A stretch of 64,000 nucleotides of DNA from positions 21,567,935 to 21,631,934 of the forward strand of contig NC_090373.1 of the NCBI RefSeq assembly GCF_036365525.1, read 5' to 3'. The notes beneath the pieces are model-generated. The model did not search any database. It worked only from the letters and a program-made list of their open reading frames with translations, and was not told where the DNA came from. The translations under genes and the position numbers were made by a program. The DNA comes from Heterodontus francisci. Its lineage: Eukaryota. The stretch's first letter is position 1. Each line of letters starts with the position of its first letter. Shown here one piece after another: positions 25,370-37,404 of the stretch.

Positions 25370-26345
25370 ACACATTATGCAGTAACACTGCAGGAGGCCA
25401 AGGACAGAAAGGTCAGAGTGGGAGTAAGGTGGGGAATTAAAATGACAGGCGACTGGACCCCCCTCCATCTCCCCTTCCCATGCAAAGCACAGGAGATGCA
25501 ACACTTGACCTTTTACGTTCTCTCTTCTCACCATCCAAGGCCCCAAACATCCCTTCCAGGTGAAACAGTGATTTACTTGTACTTCTTTCTATCTCATATA
25601 CTGTATTTTTGCTCATAATGTGGTCTCCTCTACACTGAGGAGACCAAACACAGATTAGGTGACTGCCTTGCAGAACACCTTTGTTGTGTCCGCAAGTTGA
25701 ACAGAAGCTTCCAATCACTTGTCATTTTAATTCTCCACCTTGCTCCCACTCTGACCTTTCTGTCCTCAGCTTCCTGCATTTTTTCAATGATGCTCAAAGT
25801 AAGCTCGAGGAACAGCATTTTGTCTTTCAATTAGGCACATTTTAGATCATAACTTCTGCCCTCATTTTGTTTCCTTTTTCTTTGGTTTTGGCTTTTCCCT
25901 CTCGTTTTTCTCTCTCATTTCTCTTTTTTTGCTTTCAGAAGACAGCGTTAATCATTTTGCCATTCACATCTCCTCTGGACACATCTTTTGTTTCTTCACT
26001 TGTCCCATTACTTGGCCTTGCATGACTCACATGGACTGTAGCGGTTCAAGAAGGCAGCTCACCACCACCTTCTCAAGGGAAATTAGGGATGGGCAATAAC
26101 TTGTTAGCGACACCCATATCCCATGAATGAATTTTTTTTTAATGATCCCTTTTGTCATTTAATCTCTCTTGCCTTCCACCTATCACAGACCTTCCCTTTT
26201 GTTCTTTCTTCCACCTTCCTCCCTTTCACTTGCTTAAAACTTATTTCATCAGAATGGGAAAAAGTTAAAGGTATAATCATTAACTTGGTTGCTCTCCACT
26301 GATGCTGCCTGACCTGAGTATTTCCAGCATTTTCTGTTTTTATCT
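25370..26345 (+). mobile_element. Old Penelope-like fragment with a short inverted piece at its 5' side and a LINE-tail insertion (26025-26140)
   Basis: Degenerate GIY-YIG region (ggtctcctctacactgaggagaccaaac), KLEEQH codons and PLE terminal ...gagtatttccagcattttctgttttta. Confidence 0.65.
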
Positions 26346-27164
26346 TGGTTCCTTGCAGACAGAGAAGGGTTTGAACCCATCAGTTTGAAGAATGATATCT
26401 CTGAAAATGCAGTACTCTCAGTAATGTACTAGCCTCAATGCCCAAATCCTGGTTTTGGGGCTTGAACCCATGATGTTCTGTCTCTATAGTCAGAGTGCAA
26501 AGGCTGAGCCAAGCTGATAGTTGCATTTAAACACATGTTTCTGCGGCTGTTAACCATTTTACAATATCAACACACCCTTTGGCACAGTTAATATGTTTGG
26601 ATTTACATTTTTAATATAAAATTAGTTTATGGTTGTGCTACAGATCAAAATATAAAGTCTTGATATGTTTTCATCTTCAAATAATGAAAAAGGAGTTGCA
26701 CTTACCGACTATTGGAAATGTATATTGCCTGGTTGTACCTTAAAGCCTTGCATCACATCAAGTCCTGTTCATCCAGCACCCACGTGCTCACTACCTACAT
26801 TGGCTCTGGTCCGGCAATACCTTAATTTAAAAATTCTTATCCTTGTTTTCAAATCCCTCCATGGCCTCGCTCCTCCCTATCCCCATTACCTCCTCCAGGC
26901 TACAACCCTCTGAGATCTCTGCACTTCTGGCTTTTTGCGCCTCTCCAATTTTCATCTCTCCGCCATTGGCTCTGGAATTCCACCCCAGCAAATCACCCCA
27001 CCCACCCCACCTCTCTTTCCCACACCTCTTTTAAGTCGCTCCTGACAATCTAGCTCTTTGACTAAGCTTTTAGTCACCTGTCCTAGTACCACCTTCTGTG
27101 CCATGGAGCAATGGTCTGCAATAAATTTTTAAGTCATTTCACAGATACCCAGGCCCCTAGTAAC

Positions 27165-28420
27165 TTACAAACATACGAATTAGGAGCAGGAGTAGGCCAC
27201 TCGGCCCCTCGAGCCTGCTCTGCCATTCAGTGAGTTCATGGCTGAACTGATCACTCAACATTATCACCTACCCGATAACCATTCACCCCCTTGCTTATCA
27301 AGAATCTATCTACCTCTGCCTTAAACATATTCAAAGAGTCTGCTTCCACTGCCTTTTGAGGAAGTGAATTCCAAAGACTCACAACCCTCAGAGAAAAAAT
27401 TTCTCCTCATCTCTGTCTTAAATGGGCAACCCCTTATTTTTAAACAGTGACTCCGAGTTCTAGATTCTCCCACAAGGGAAAACATGCTTTCCACATCAAC
27501 CCTGTCAAGATGTTTCAATCAATTCGCCTCTTACTCTTCTAAATTCCAGTGGATACAAGACTAGCCTGTCCAATTTTTCCTCATAAGATAGCCCGCCCAT
27601 TCCAGGTATTAGTCTAGTAAACCTTCTCTGAACTGCCTCAAACGCATTTATATCCTTCCTTAAATAAGGAGATCAATATTGTACACTGTACTCCAGATGT
27701 GGTCTCACCAATGCCCTGTAGAGCTGAAGCATAATCTCCCTACTGTTGTATTCAATTCCCCTCACAATAAACGATAACATTCTATTAGCTTTCGTAATTA
27801 CGTGCTGTACCTGCATACTAACCTTTTGCGATTCATGCTTTAGGACACCCAGATCCCTCTGCATCTCAGAGCTCCCCAATCTCTCACCATTTAGATAATA
27901 TGCTTCTTTGTTATTCTTCCTGCCAAAATGGACAACTTCGCATTTTCCATCTGCCAGATTTTTTCCCACTCACTTAACCAATCTCTATCCCTTTGTAGCC
28001 TCCTTATGTCCTCTTCACAACCTACTTTCCTACCTATCTTTGTATCAGCAAATTTAGCAACCATACCTTCAGTCCCTTCATCCAAGTCATTTCTATTAAT
28101 TGTAAAAAGTTGAGGCCCCAGCACAGATCCCTGTGGCACACCACTCATTACAATGTTGCCAACCAGAAAATTACCCATTTATGCCTACTCTCTGTTTCCG
28201 GTTGGCTAGCCAATCTTCTATCCATGCCAATGTTACTCCCTATACCATGAGCTTTTATTTTGTGCGACAACCTTTGATGTGGCACCTTATCAAATGCCTT
28301 CTGGAAATCTAAGTACAATACATCTACCAGTTCCCCTTCATCCACAGCACGTGAAACTCCCTCAAAGAACTCCAATAAATTGGTTAAACATGATTTCCCT
28401 TTCACAAAACCATGTAACTT
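27165..28420 (-). mobile_element. 5'-truncated CR1 LINE
   Basis: YLDFQKAFDKVPH, SGVPQGSVLGP and LVRPHLEY ORF fragments; CR1 3' UTR. Confidence 0.9.
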
Positions 28421-28444
28421 TTGCAACATGAATAAGTTCCATGG

Positions 28445-29085
28445 TATTAGTCTTGGCTCAGTGAGTGGGATTCTTGCCTTTGAGTCAGAAGGTTTTGGGT
28501 TCAAACCCCACTCCAGAAACTTAACCACAAAAATTTAGACTAACACTCCAGTCCAGTACCAAAGGAGTGCTGCACTGTTGAAGGTGCCATCTTTCAGATG
28601 AAACATTAAACCAAGAACCCCTCTGCTCTCTCAGCTGGATGTAAAAGATCCCATGGCACTATTTTGAAGAAGTACAGGGAGTTATCCCTGAATCAACATC
28701 ATTAAAAACAAATTATCTGACCATTATCACAATGCTATTTGTGGAAGGTTGTTGTGCCAATTGGCTGCTGTGTTTCCTACATTACCAAAATAACTACATT
28801 TCAAAAGTAATCAGCAGGTCTGGCAGCATCTGTGGAGAGAGAAGCAGAGTTAACATTTCAGGTCAGTGACCCTTCTTCAGAAGTTCTGGAGAAGGGTCTA
28901 TGAGCTGAAACGTTAACTCTGCTTCTCTCTCTACAGATACATGAGTATTTCCAGCATTTCTTGATTTTATTTCAGATTTCCAGCATCTGCAGTATTTTGC
29001 TTTTATTTCAAAAGCAATCCATTGACATAAGATACTTTGGGACGTTCTGAGGTCATGAAAGACGCCCTATAAATGCAAGTTTGTC
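28445..29085 (+). mobile_element. DeuSINE (SacSINE1-like) interrupted by a mini-PLE
   Basis: tRNA head (tggctcagtg...gggttcaaaccc), Deu domain; tail resumes after 29005. Confidence 0.8.
28813..29004. mobile_element. About 190-bp palindromic PLE-derived element with two opposed hammerhead motifs
   Basis: 15-bp TSD atttcaaaag(t/c)aatc (28798-28812 and 29005-29019); hammerhead motifs at 28848-28884 (-) and 28882-28918 (+, degenerate). Confidence 0.85.
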
Positions 29086-29164
29086 TTCTCATTTTCTTCT
29101 ACAGTTTTGTGCACTGTGAGAGGTTGCAACTAATATTATACTAGTTGAGTATTATACAGTCTGC

Positions 29165-29520
29165 TCTGAATTTTGGGTTGCATTGCAGCCCTACACTCCT
29201 GACCTTTGGCAACCTGGGGGTTATGAAGGTGAGGATCGTGGTGCAGGCACAAGACCAAAACGGACAACCTACATGTGGATCTGCTCCAGCACGGGTGAGG
29301 CCCACATGGTGGTCACTCTGGTTTCCAGTTTTGCTTCCACGGTCTTGTCCGTGACCAGGTGGCCCTGGAGAGGCAGCATGTGGTATCCACTAATATGCTC
29401 AAGGCCATACACAACCAGTGTGTAGGACAGGGTATAGAGTGTCTGATAGACACAATACCATGATTTAGATTATATGTTTCATTCTGGTTTTGTTCAAATT
29501 GGCTTTTACGTTTGCACTGT
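29165..29520 (+). mobile_element. Old Tx1/L1-clade LINE 3' fragment
   Basis: Degenerate FGLHCSPTLLTFG and RDQVALERQHVVST peptides resembling Tx1-like ORF2 C-termini. Confidence 0.5.
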
Positions 29521-30163
29521 TCTATGAGTGTGTCTGCTCACAAGAGGACTCTTGCATATTTTTTCCCTGATAATGACTGGTGCAGGCATGATGGGCTGAA
29601 CAGACTCGCTCTGAGCTGGATCATTCTATGATTCTTTGTCACTGGTGTCATGCTCACAGAGGGAACAGTGATGAAATATGAAATGAACTGGAGTAATGAT
29701 GAAATAAAAGTAAACTGCGACAAGAAAATGGACACTTTGCTATCCGGCAACATGGAGGGAGCGGTCAGGTGATCCCCTCCTGTACTGCCAATCAACATGT
29801 TTGTCTGTTGAAGATGAGACCATTATTAATGTCTGGAATCACCTTGAGAAGGCACATTGACATGTAAAACAGTCCATTCCATGCTAATGACTCCTATCAT
29901 CAAAGATTGGGTGAGCAAAGGCTTTTGCAGACAGACTATCTCCGAAGACAAGGCCAAGATAATAATATTATACTAATATTATACTATACAGCAGGTTTGT
30001 AAAACTTTTAGGAAATTTGTCTCACAAGAAAAATGTTGTTTTCTCGCTCGTAGAAATTCCTGTTTTTGAATCATTAGAAATCTGAATCCTTAAAAATCCT
30101 ACCAAGATAATAGGTGTGAAATTACAACTATTTATCCAAATGGACCACATTCAGACACCGTTA

Positions 30164-31017
30164 TGTAACAATGGTCCCCACATCCTGGGTCACTATATGG
30201 ACACCCCATGGGAGAATGTCTTGAGTCACTTGACTGAAAACAAAACCTGATAGGTTTTTACTTTAAAAGTAGTAAGTTCTCTGAGAGAGGGACAGAAAGC
30301 CGTTCCAGCCAGAGAAGCTGTGAGATCGATCCAGCTAAGCAAGGAACCCTGCCAGCACCTTCCTTAAACTACTAAGGCAGAAAGATTGCAAGGTGACCCT
30401 GAAAACTCCCCATCTGAGAAATTGAAGCAGGACTTCCACCACTAACTTCAGACTGAGTTTTAACCAAAGGAGTCTGTGACACTTCATCAATTCCAAGACA
30501 AGGAACATTCAGGCCTACAACACTGTTATAAATTCCTCCCAGAAAACCAAGGCAGTTTCACAGTGAACTCACATTACAACTCCCTTCCTAACAGCACTGT
30601 GGGTATACCTACCCCACATGGACTGCAGCGGTTCAAGAAGGCAGCTCACTACCACCTTCTCAAGAGCAACTAGGGATGGGCAATAAATGCTGGCCTAGCC
30701 AGCGACACCCACATCCCATGAATGAATAAAAAAAAACACAATCAAACTCTAAATGCATGCTACCCTCTACTCTCTATCTTTTCTTGAGTGTGTGCATATG
30801 TGTGAATGCATGAATGGGTGAGTTTGCCAACATTTTTGGCAGTGTTTAATAAATAGTTATTTGTCTTTTTAAACCTATGAGAAAACCTGCAATTTGTCTT
30901 TTTATTTGAACTTTAAACACTCAGGAACTAAAACATTATTTTTAACAACACTACCTGTGGTCAGTTGAGAGGTGAAAAGTGGAAGCCAACCACACCATTT
31001 CCCACCTGGTCATAACA
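30164..31017 (+). mobile_element. Older solo LTR related to the 108-921 family, containing a LINE-tail insertion (30575-30737)
   Basis: 3' end cacctggtcataaca versus cacctggtcgtaaca; shared tgtgtg, aataaa and gaaaacctg blocks; 5' boundary uncertain, no TSD found. Confidence 0.5.
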
Positions 31018-31344
31018 ATGGGGAAACCCAGTCACCCTTAGGGAGCAACCAAATAGAGTGCTCCATCCAACCTCACACGGTTTTTAAAGGGACGTGCAAA
31101 GCGACCAAAGAAAATATACTTTCCACACTGACCTACTGGCAGATAGCAAATGCCATAATGCCTCTTTCCAAAGTCTGTGCTCATCTACCGGTCAAGTGGG
31201 AAAAAAAAAGACTTGCATTCAGCCAAAGCTTTTCATGACTCAGAATGTCCCAATGCACTTTACAATCAAATATGTACTTTTGAAGTGTAGTCACTGTTGG
31301 AATGTAGGAAACGGGGCAACCAAATAACACACAGCAAGAAAAAA

Positions 31345-31750
31345 AGACTTGCATTTATATAGCACCTTTCTCAATCTCAGGACATCCCAAAATGCTTTAC
31401 ATCCAATTAATTATATTCTTGAAAAGTATTCATTGTTATAATGCAGGAAGTGCAGCAGCCGAATTGTATTCAGCAAGGTCCCATAAACAGGAATGAGATA
31501 ATGACCAGATAATTTTTGTTAGTTGGTGAATATCAGCCAGTGGGATCTTTTACATCCATTTAAAAGGGCAGACAGGGACTCAGTTTAATGTCTCATCCAA
31601 AAGATGGCACCTTCAGTAGTGCAGCACTCCCTCACTACTACAGTGGAGTGTCAACCTAGATTTTATGTTTATGTCTCTGGACTGGAGCTTGAACAAACAG
31701 CCTTATAACTCAGAGACGAGATAACGACTCATTGAGCCAAGGCTGACATT
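31345..31750 (-). mobile_element. DeuSINE (SacSINE1-like)
   Basis: Reverse complement of the Deu domain (gggatcttttacatcc...aagatggcaccttc...gcagcactccctc) and tRNA head. Confidence 0.75.
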
Positions 31751-32927
31751 TGTGGAAATGGTGGAAACGTTTTGACCTTTCTGTACCTTACTTGTAAATA
31801 CTGCATTTTATATGTCCCTCAGGCAATAGTTCATGCTCTCATTTCTGTGATTATATCCTATATTTATCTACTTAATCAGGAAACAATAATAGCAAGCAAG
31901 CCGAGCAAACCCGGTCAGTGTTATATTACATCTTTCTATCAGGCCATTATTAAAGTACTGTCACCAATGTGATTTCTTACAGTTTAACCCAGTGGTATAT
32001 TTTGTCACCCAGCTGTTTCTGAAAACATATCTTATTGAGCAGTTAGTCATCATACATCTTGTGGACTGTCTGCGTTGAAGGAACACTTGGAACATATTGC
32101 TGAAGAAACCTTTGCCCACTTCAATGAATTAATATTGGTCATATGACTCGGGTAACATAAAGCAATCACTTTCTATATAGGTCGGTGTTGTTTCTGAGAT
32201 AAACCTGGGAGAACAGGATTAGCTGTGCATGCAATCCTGGCAAATCCCTTAAAGGGGGGTCAATGCTGTTACCCAGTAAATGAAGCGATGAGATTGGGGT
32301 TTCTGTGAATTACATGTAATTACAAGTCGACATTGAAGACCATTCTGACATGCTTCTTTTCCATCTGATCGAAAGATAAGTGGGTCAGAGTCAGAAATAA
32401 GAAAAGTAGTTGATGCTATCTGTTGTAGACTTTATCTGTTGTTGCCCTGACCAATCACAAAGGCAGCAGCTACTATAGACACAAGTATCATTTTCTTGAC
32501 CCAGACGTGGTACTTACTGATTACAGGGCAGTAGAGAAAGAAATGTATTCATTGTTTTGTACAAAATAGCAAATATTTTAAAAATGACAGACGGATAATT
32601 TGGAGTTCCTCTAATAAATATGAAACATTGTTTAAAGAAACCTTTTGATAGTCGAAAAGCTGTTGCTGTTTTTTATTGTACTTTTGCCATTCCTATTCTG
32701 ATAATCCAAACTGATTATTATATTTCAGCAGAGATTTCGAAACGATATCTGTAAAGTCTGAAAGAAGTCAGAAAGCACAGCAACAGGAAAAAAATACTCT
32801 AGGTCTGAGCACATTGCAGTGAGGTGAGTGAATAGAATCCATTCTCTCAGGCAATATCCAGCCTTACCCTGGATGGATTTAACAGAGGCCAGAGAAATAA
32901 TAAACCTTCTTTTACTGATCTGAACCT

Positions 32928-35135
32928 CATAAAAACATAGAAAATAGGAGCAGGAGTAGGCCATTCGGCCCTTGGAGCCTGTTCTGCCATTCACTATGAT
33001 CATGGCTGATCATCCAACTCAGTAGCCTGTTCCGGCTTTCGTCCCATACCCTTTGATGCCTTTAGACCCAAGAGATATATCTAACTCCTTTTTGAAAACA
33101 TACAAAGTTTTGGCCTCAACTGCTTTCTGTGGTAGCAAATTCCACAGGCTCACCACTCTCTGGGTGAAGAAATTTCTCCTCATCAGTCCTGAAGGGATTA
33201 CCCCATATCCTTAGACTATGACCCCTGGTTCTGGACTCCCCCACCATCGGGAACATCCTTCCTGCATCTACCCTGTCAAGTCCTGTTAGAATTTTATAGG
33301 TTTCTATGAGATCCCCCCTCACACTTCTGAACTCCAGCGAATATAATCCTAACTGACTCAACCTCTCCTCATACGTCAGTCCCACCATCCCAGGAATCAG
33401 TCTGGTAAGCCTTCGCTGCACTCCCTCCATAGCAAGAACATCCTTCCTCAGATAAGGAGACCAAAACTGCACACAATATTCCAGGTGTGGCCTCACCAAG
33501 GCCCTGTATAATTGCAGCAAGACATCCCTGCTCCTGTACTCGAATCCTCTCGCTATGAAGGCCAACATACCATTTGCCTTTTTTACCGCCTGTTGCACCT
33601 GCATGCTTACCTTTAGCAACTGGTGTATGCGAACACCCAGGTCTCGTTGTATATTCCCCTCTCTCAGTTTATAGCCATTCAAATAACAATCTGCCTTCCT
33701 GTTTTTGCTACCAAAGTGGATAACCTCACATTTATCCACATTATACTGCATCTGCCATGCATTAGCCCACTCACTCAACTTGTCCAAATCACCCTGAAGC
33801 CTCTCTGCATCCTCCTCACAACTCACCCTCCCACCCAGTTTTGTGTCATCTGCAAATTTGGAGATATTACATTTAGTTCCCTCATCTAAATCATTAATGT
33901 ATAATGTGAATAGCAGGGGTCCTAACACTGATCCCTGCGGTATCCCACTAGCCGCTGCCTGCCATTTGGAAAAAGAGTCATTTATCCCGACTCCTTGTTT
34001 CCTGTCCGCCAACCAATTTTCTATCCATCGCAATACACTACCCCTAATCCCATGCACTTTAATTTTACACGCTAATCTCTTATGTGGGACTTTGTCGAAA
34101 GCCTTCTGAAAGTCCAAATAAACCACATCCACTGGCTCCCCCTCATCAACTCTACTAGTTACATCCTCAAAGAATTCTAGTAGATTTGTCAAGCATGATT
34201 TCCCTTTCGTAAATCGATGCTGACTCTGTCCGATTCTACCACTGTTCTCCAAGTGCTCTGCTATAAAATCTTTGATAATGGACTCCAGAATTTTCCCCAC
34301 TACCAACGTCAGGCTGACTGATCTATAATTCCCGGCTTTCTCTCTACCTCCCTTTTTAAATAGTGGTGTTACATTAGCTATCCTCCAATCTGTAGGAACT
34401 GTTCCAGAGTCTATAGAATCTTGGAAGATGACCACCAATGCATCCATTATTTCTAGGGCCACTTCCTTAAGTATTCTGGGATGCATACCAACAGGCCCTG
34501 GGGATTTATCGGCCTTCAAATCCATCAATTTCCCCAACACCATTTCTCGACTAATACTGATTTCCTTCAGTTCTTCTCTCTCACTAAGCCATGTTCCCCA
34601 ACATTTCTGGTATGATATTTGTGTCCTCCTTTGTGAAGACAGAACCAAAGTATGCATTTTGTTGGTCAGTCATTTCTTTATTCCCCAGAATAAATTCCCC
34701 TGTTTCTGACTGTAAGGGACCTACATTTGTCTTCAGCAATCTTTTTCTCTTCACATATCTACAGAAACTTTTACAGTCAGTTTTTATGTTCCCCGCAAGC
34801 TTACTCTCATACTTTGTTTTCCCCTTCTTAATCAATCCCTTGGTCCTCCTTTGCTAAATTCTAAACTGCTCCCAATCCTCAGGTCTGTTGTTTTTCCTGG
34901 CAAATTTATATGCCTGTTCCTTGGATCTAATGCCATCTCTAATTTCCCTTGTAAGCCATAGTTTGGCTACCTTTCTCGTTTTACTTTTGCACCAGACAGG
35001 GATAAACAATTGTTGCAGTTCATCTATGTGCTCGTTAAATGTTTGCCATTGCCTATCCACCATCATCCCTTTAAGTAACGTTTCCCAATCCTTCATGGCC
35101 AACTCGCGCCTCATACCTTTGTAGTTTCCTTTACT
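32928..35135 (-). mobile_element. Young 5'-truncated CR1 LINE
   Basis: Long intact RT reading frame, intact 3' UTR and terminal (ttctatg)-type repeat. Confidence 0.95.
33116..34657 (-). pseudogene. CR1 ORF2 reverse transcriptase segment (513 aa open, frameshifted at both ends)
   Basis: KSPGP, YLDFQKAFDKVPH, GIPQGSVLGP, KFADDTKL and LVRPHLEYC motifs. Confidence 0.9.
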
Positions 35136-36726
35136 AAGCTGCATCCCTAGACAAGCAGTTCCAGTACAGCTTGTCAGGTATCTTTGTGGAAAATTGCCTA
35201 AGTATGTCCTGTCTGCAAAAAATAGGACAAATCCAATCCAGCCAATTGCGGTACCCATCAGTCTACTCTTGATCATCAGCAAATTAATGGAATGTGTCAT
35301 CGGCAGTGCGTCAAGCAGCATTTAAACAGCAATAACCTGCTCACCAATGCTCAGTTTGGGTACTACCAGGGTCACTTGGATCCTGACCTCATTACAGCCT
35401 TGGTTCAAACATGGACAAAAGAGCTGAACTCCAGAGGCGAGGTGAGAGTGACTGCCCTTGACATCAAGGCAGCATTTTACTGAGTATGGCATCAAGTAGC
35501 CCTAGCAAAACTGAGGTCAATGGGAAACAGAGGGAAAATTCTCCACTGGTTGGAGTCATACCTAGCGCAAAGGAAGATGGTTGTGGTTGTTGGAGGTCAA
35601 TCATCTCAGCTCCAGGACATCACTGCAGGAGTTCCTCAGGGTAGTGTCCTAGGCCCAACCATCTTCAGCTGCTTCATCAATGACCTTCCCTCCATCATAA
35701 GGTCAGAAGTGGGGATGTTCGCTGATGACTGCACAATGTTTAGAACCATTCGCTAGAGCATGGCTACCCAACCTGAACCCGACGACATGTGTCAGGTCCG
35801 GGTTGCTCTTCCAGGTCTGGCATTCGGGCTCGGGTTGGGTCAGGCCGGGTATGACACATTCGATCACCACCTCCGGTAAATGACTCCAATGCTAACGTAC
35901 ATTTTGGACTAGAAAGGTTGTTTAGTTCCAGTTTTTTAAGCTTGTGCAGATAAGTAACAAAGTGAAAAATGGAAGCTAGATTAACTGATGGTCGGGTTGG
36001 GCGCGGGAAAAAATGAAAGGACTTGGGCCGGGTCAGGCTTGGGTCGGATGTGGTTCTGTCGGGCTTGGGTCAGGTTTCATTTGCAGACCCGAGCCGGCCT
36101 TTACCATTTGCAACTCCTCAGATACTGAAGCACTCCGTGTCCACAAGCAGCAAGACCTGGACAACATTCAGGCTTGGGCTGATAAGTGGCAAGTAACATT
36201 CACGCCACACAAGTGCCACACAAATGACCATCTCCAACAAGAGAGAATCTAACCATCTTCCCTTGACATCCAATGACATTTCCATCGCTGAATCCCTCAC
36301 CAACATCCCAGGGGTTACCACTGACCAGAAACTTAACTGGACTAGCCATATAAATACTGTGGCTACAAGAGCAGGTCAGAGGCTGGGAATTCTGTGATGA
36401 GTAACTCACGTCCTGACTCCCCAAAGCCATCTACAAGGCACAGGTCAGGAGTGTGATGGAATACTCTCCACTTGCCTGGATGGGTGCAGCTCCAGCAACA
36501 CTCAAGAAGCTCGACACCATCCAGGACAAAGCAGCTCGTTTGATTGGCACCCCACCCACCACCTTAAACATTCACTCCCTCCACCACCGGCGCACAGTGG
36601 CAGCAGTGTGTACCATTTACAAGATACCCTGCGCAACTCACCAAACCTCCTTAGACAGCACCTTCCAAACCCAGGACCTTTACCACCGAGGAGGACAAGA
36701 GCAGCAGACGCATGGGAACACCACCA
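35136..36726 (+). mobile_element. Second CR1-group LINE family, RT fragment
   Basis: ALDIKAAF, GVPQGSVLGP, MFADDCT and MEYSPLAWMGA; same family as 40926-41585 and 63305-63762. Confidence 0.85.
35754..36103. mobile_element. Non-autonomous hAT-like DNA transposon (350 bp)
   Basis: 8-bp TSD ccatt(c/t)gc (35746-35753 and 36104-36111); degenerate TA(g/a)AG termini; repeated subterminal tcgggt/acccga motifs. Confidence 0.75.
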
Positions 36727-36849
36727 TGCCCAATAGGAATTAACTGGATATTTCCCCAAACAGTGTCACTTTAGACTCAGTGAAGAGGAGACACATTCAT
36801 CCCAGTACAGGTCGGATTTAAACCCAGATTCAAGAGATGAACTCATTGG

Positions 36850-37404
36850 ACTGTTGGTGCAAGACCCTTTGGGGATGAGCGACCATAATGAGATAGAATT
36901 CTTCATCAAGATGAAGAGTGACGTGGTTGATTCTGAGACAAGGGTCCTGAATCTTAGTAAAGGAAACTACAAAGGTATGAGGCGCGAGTTGGCCATGACG
37001 GATTGGGAAACGTTACTTAAAGGGATGACGGTGGATAGGCAAAGGCAAACATTTAAAGAGCGCATGGATGAACTGCAACAATCCCTGTCTGGTGCAAAAG
37101 TAAAACGAGAAAGGTAGCCAAACCATGGCTTACAAGGGAAATTAAAGAAAGCATTAGATCCAAGGAACAGGCATATAAATTTTCCAGGAGGAACAACAGA
37201 CCTGAGGATTGGGAGCAGTTTAGAATTCAGCAAAGGAGGATGAAGGGATTGATTAAGAAGAGGAAAATAGAATACGAGAGCAAGCTTGCGGGGAACATAA
37301 AAACTGACTGTAAAAGTTTCTATAGGTATGTGAAGAGAAAAAGATTGGTGAAGACAAATGTAGGTCCCTTACAGTCAGAAACAGGGGAATTTATTCTGGG
37401 GAAT
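36850..37404 (+). mobile_element. Internal CR1 fragment, inverted near-duplicate of 34676-35135
   Basis: LSKGNYKGMRRELAM.DWETLLKGM and ESKLAGNIKTDCKSF peptides shared with the minus-strand copy. Confidence 0.9.

Noticed and set aside
32040-32400. Exon-like unique sequence with minus-strand acceptors
   Set aside because: All frames close quickly and no protein similarity was recognised; it cannot be supported without transcript data.
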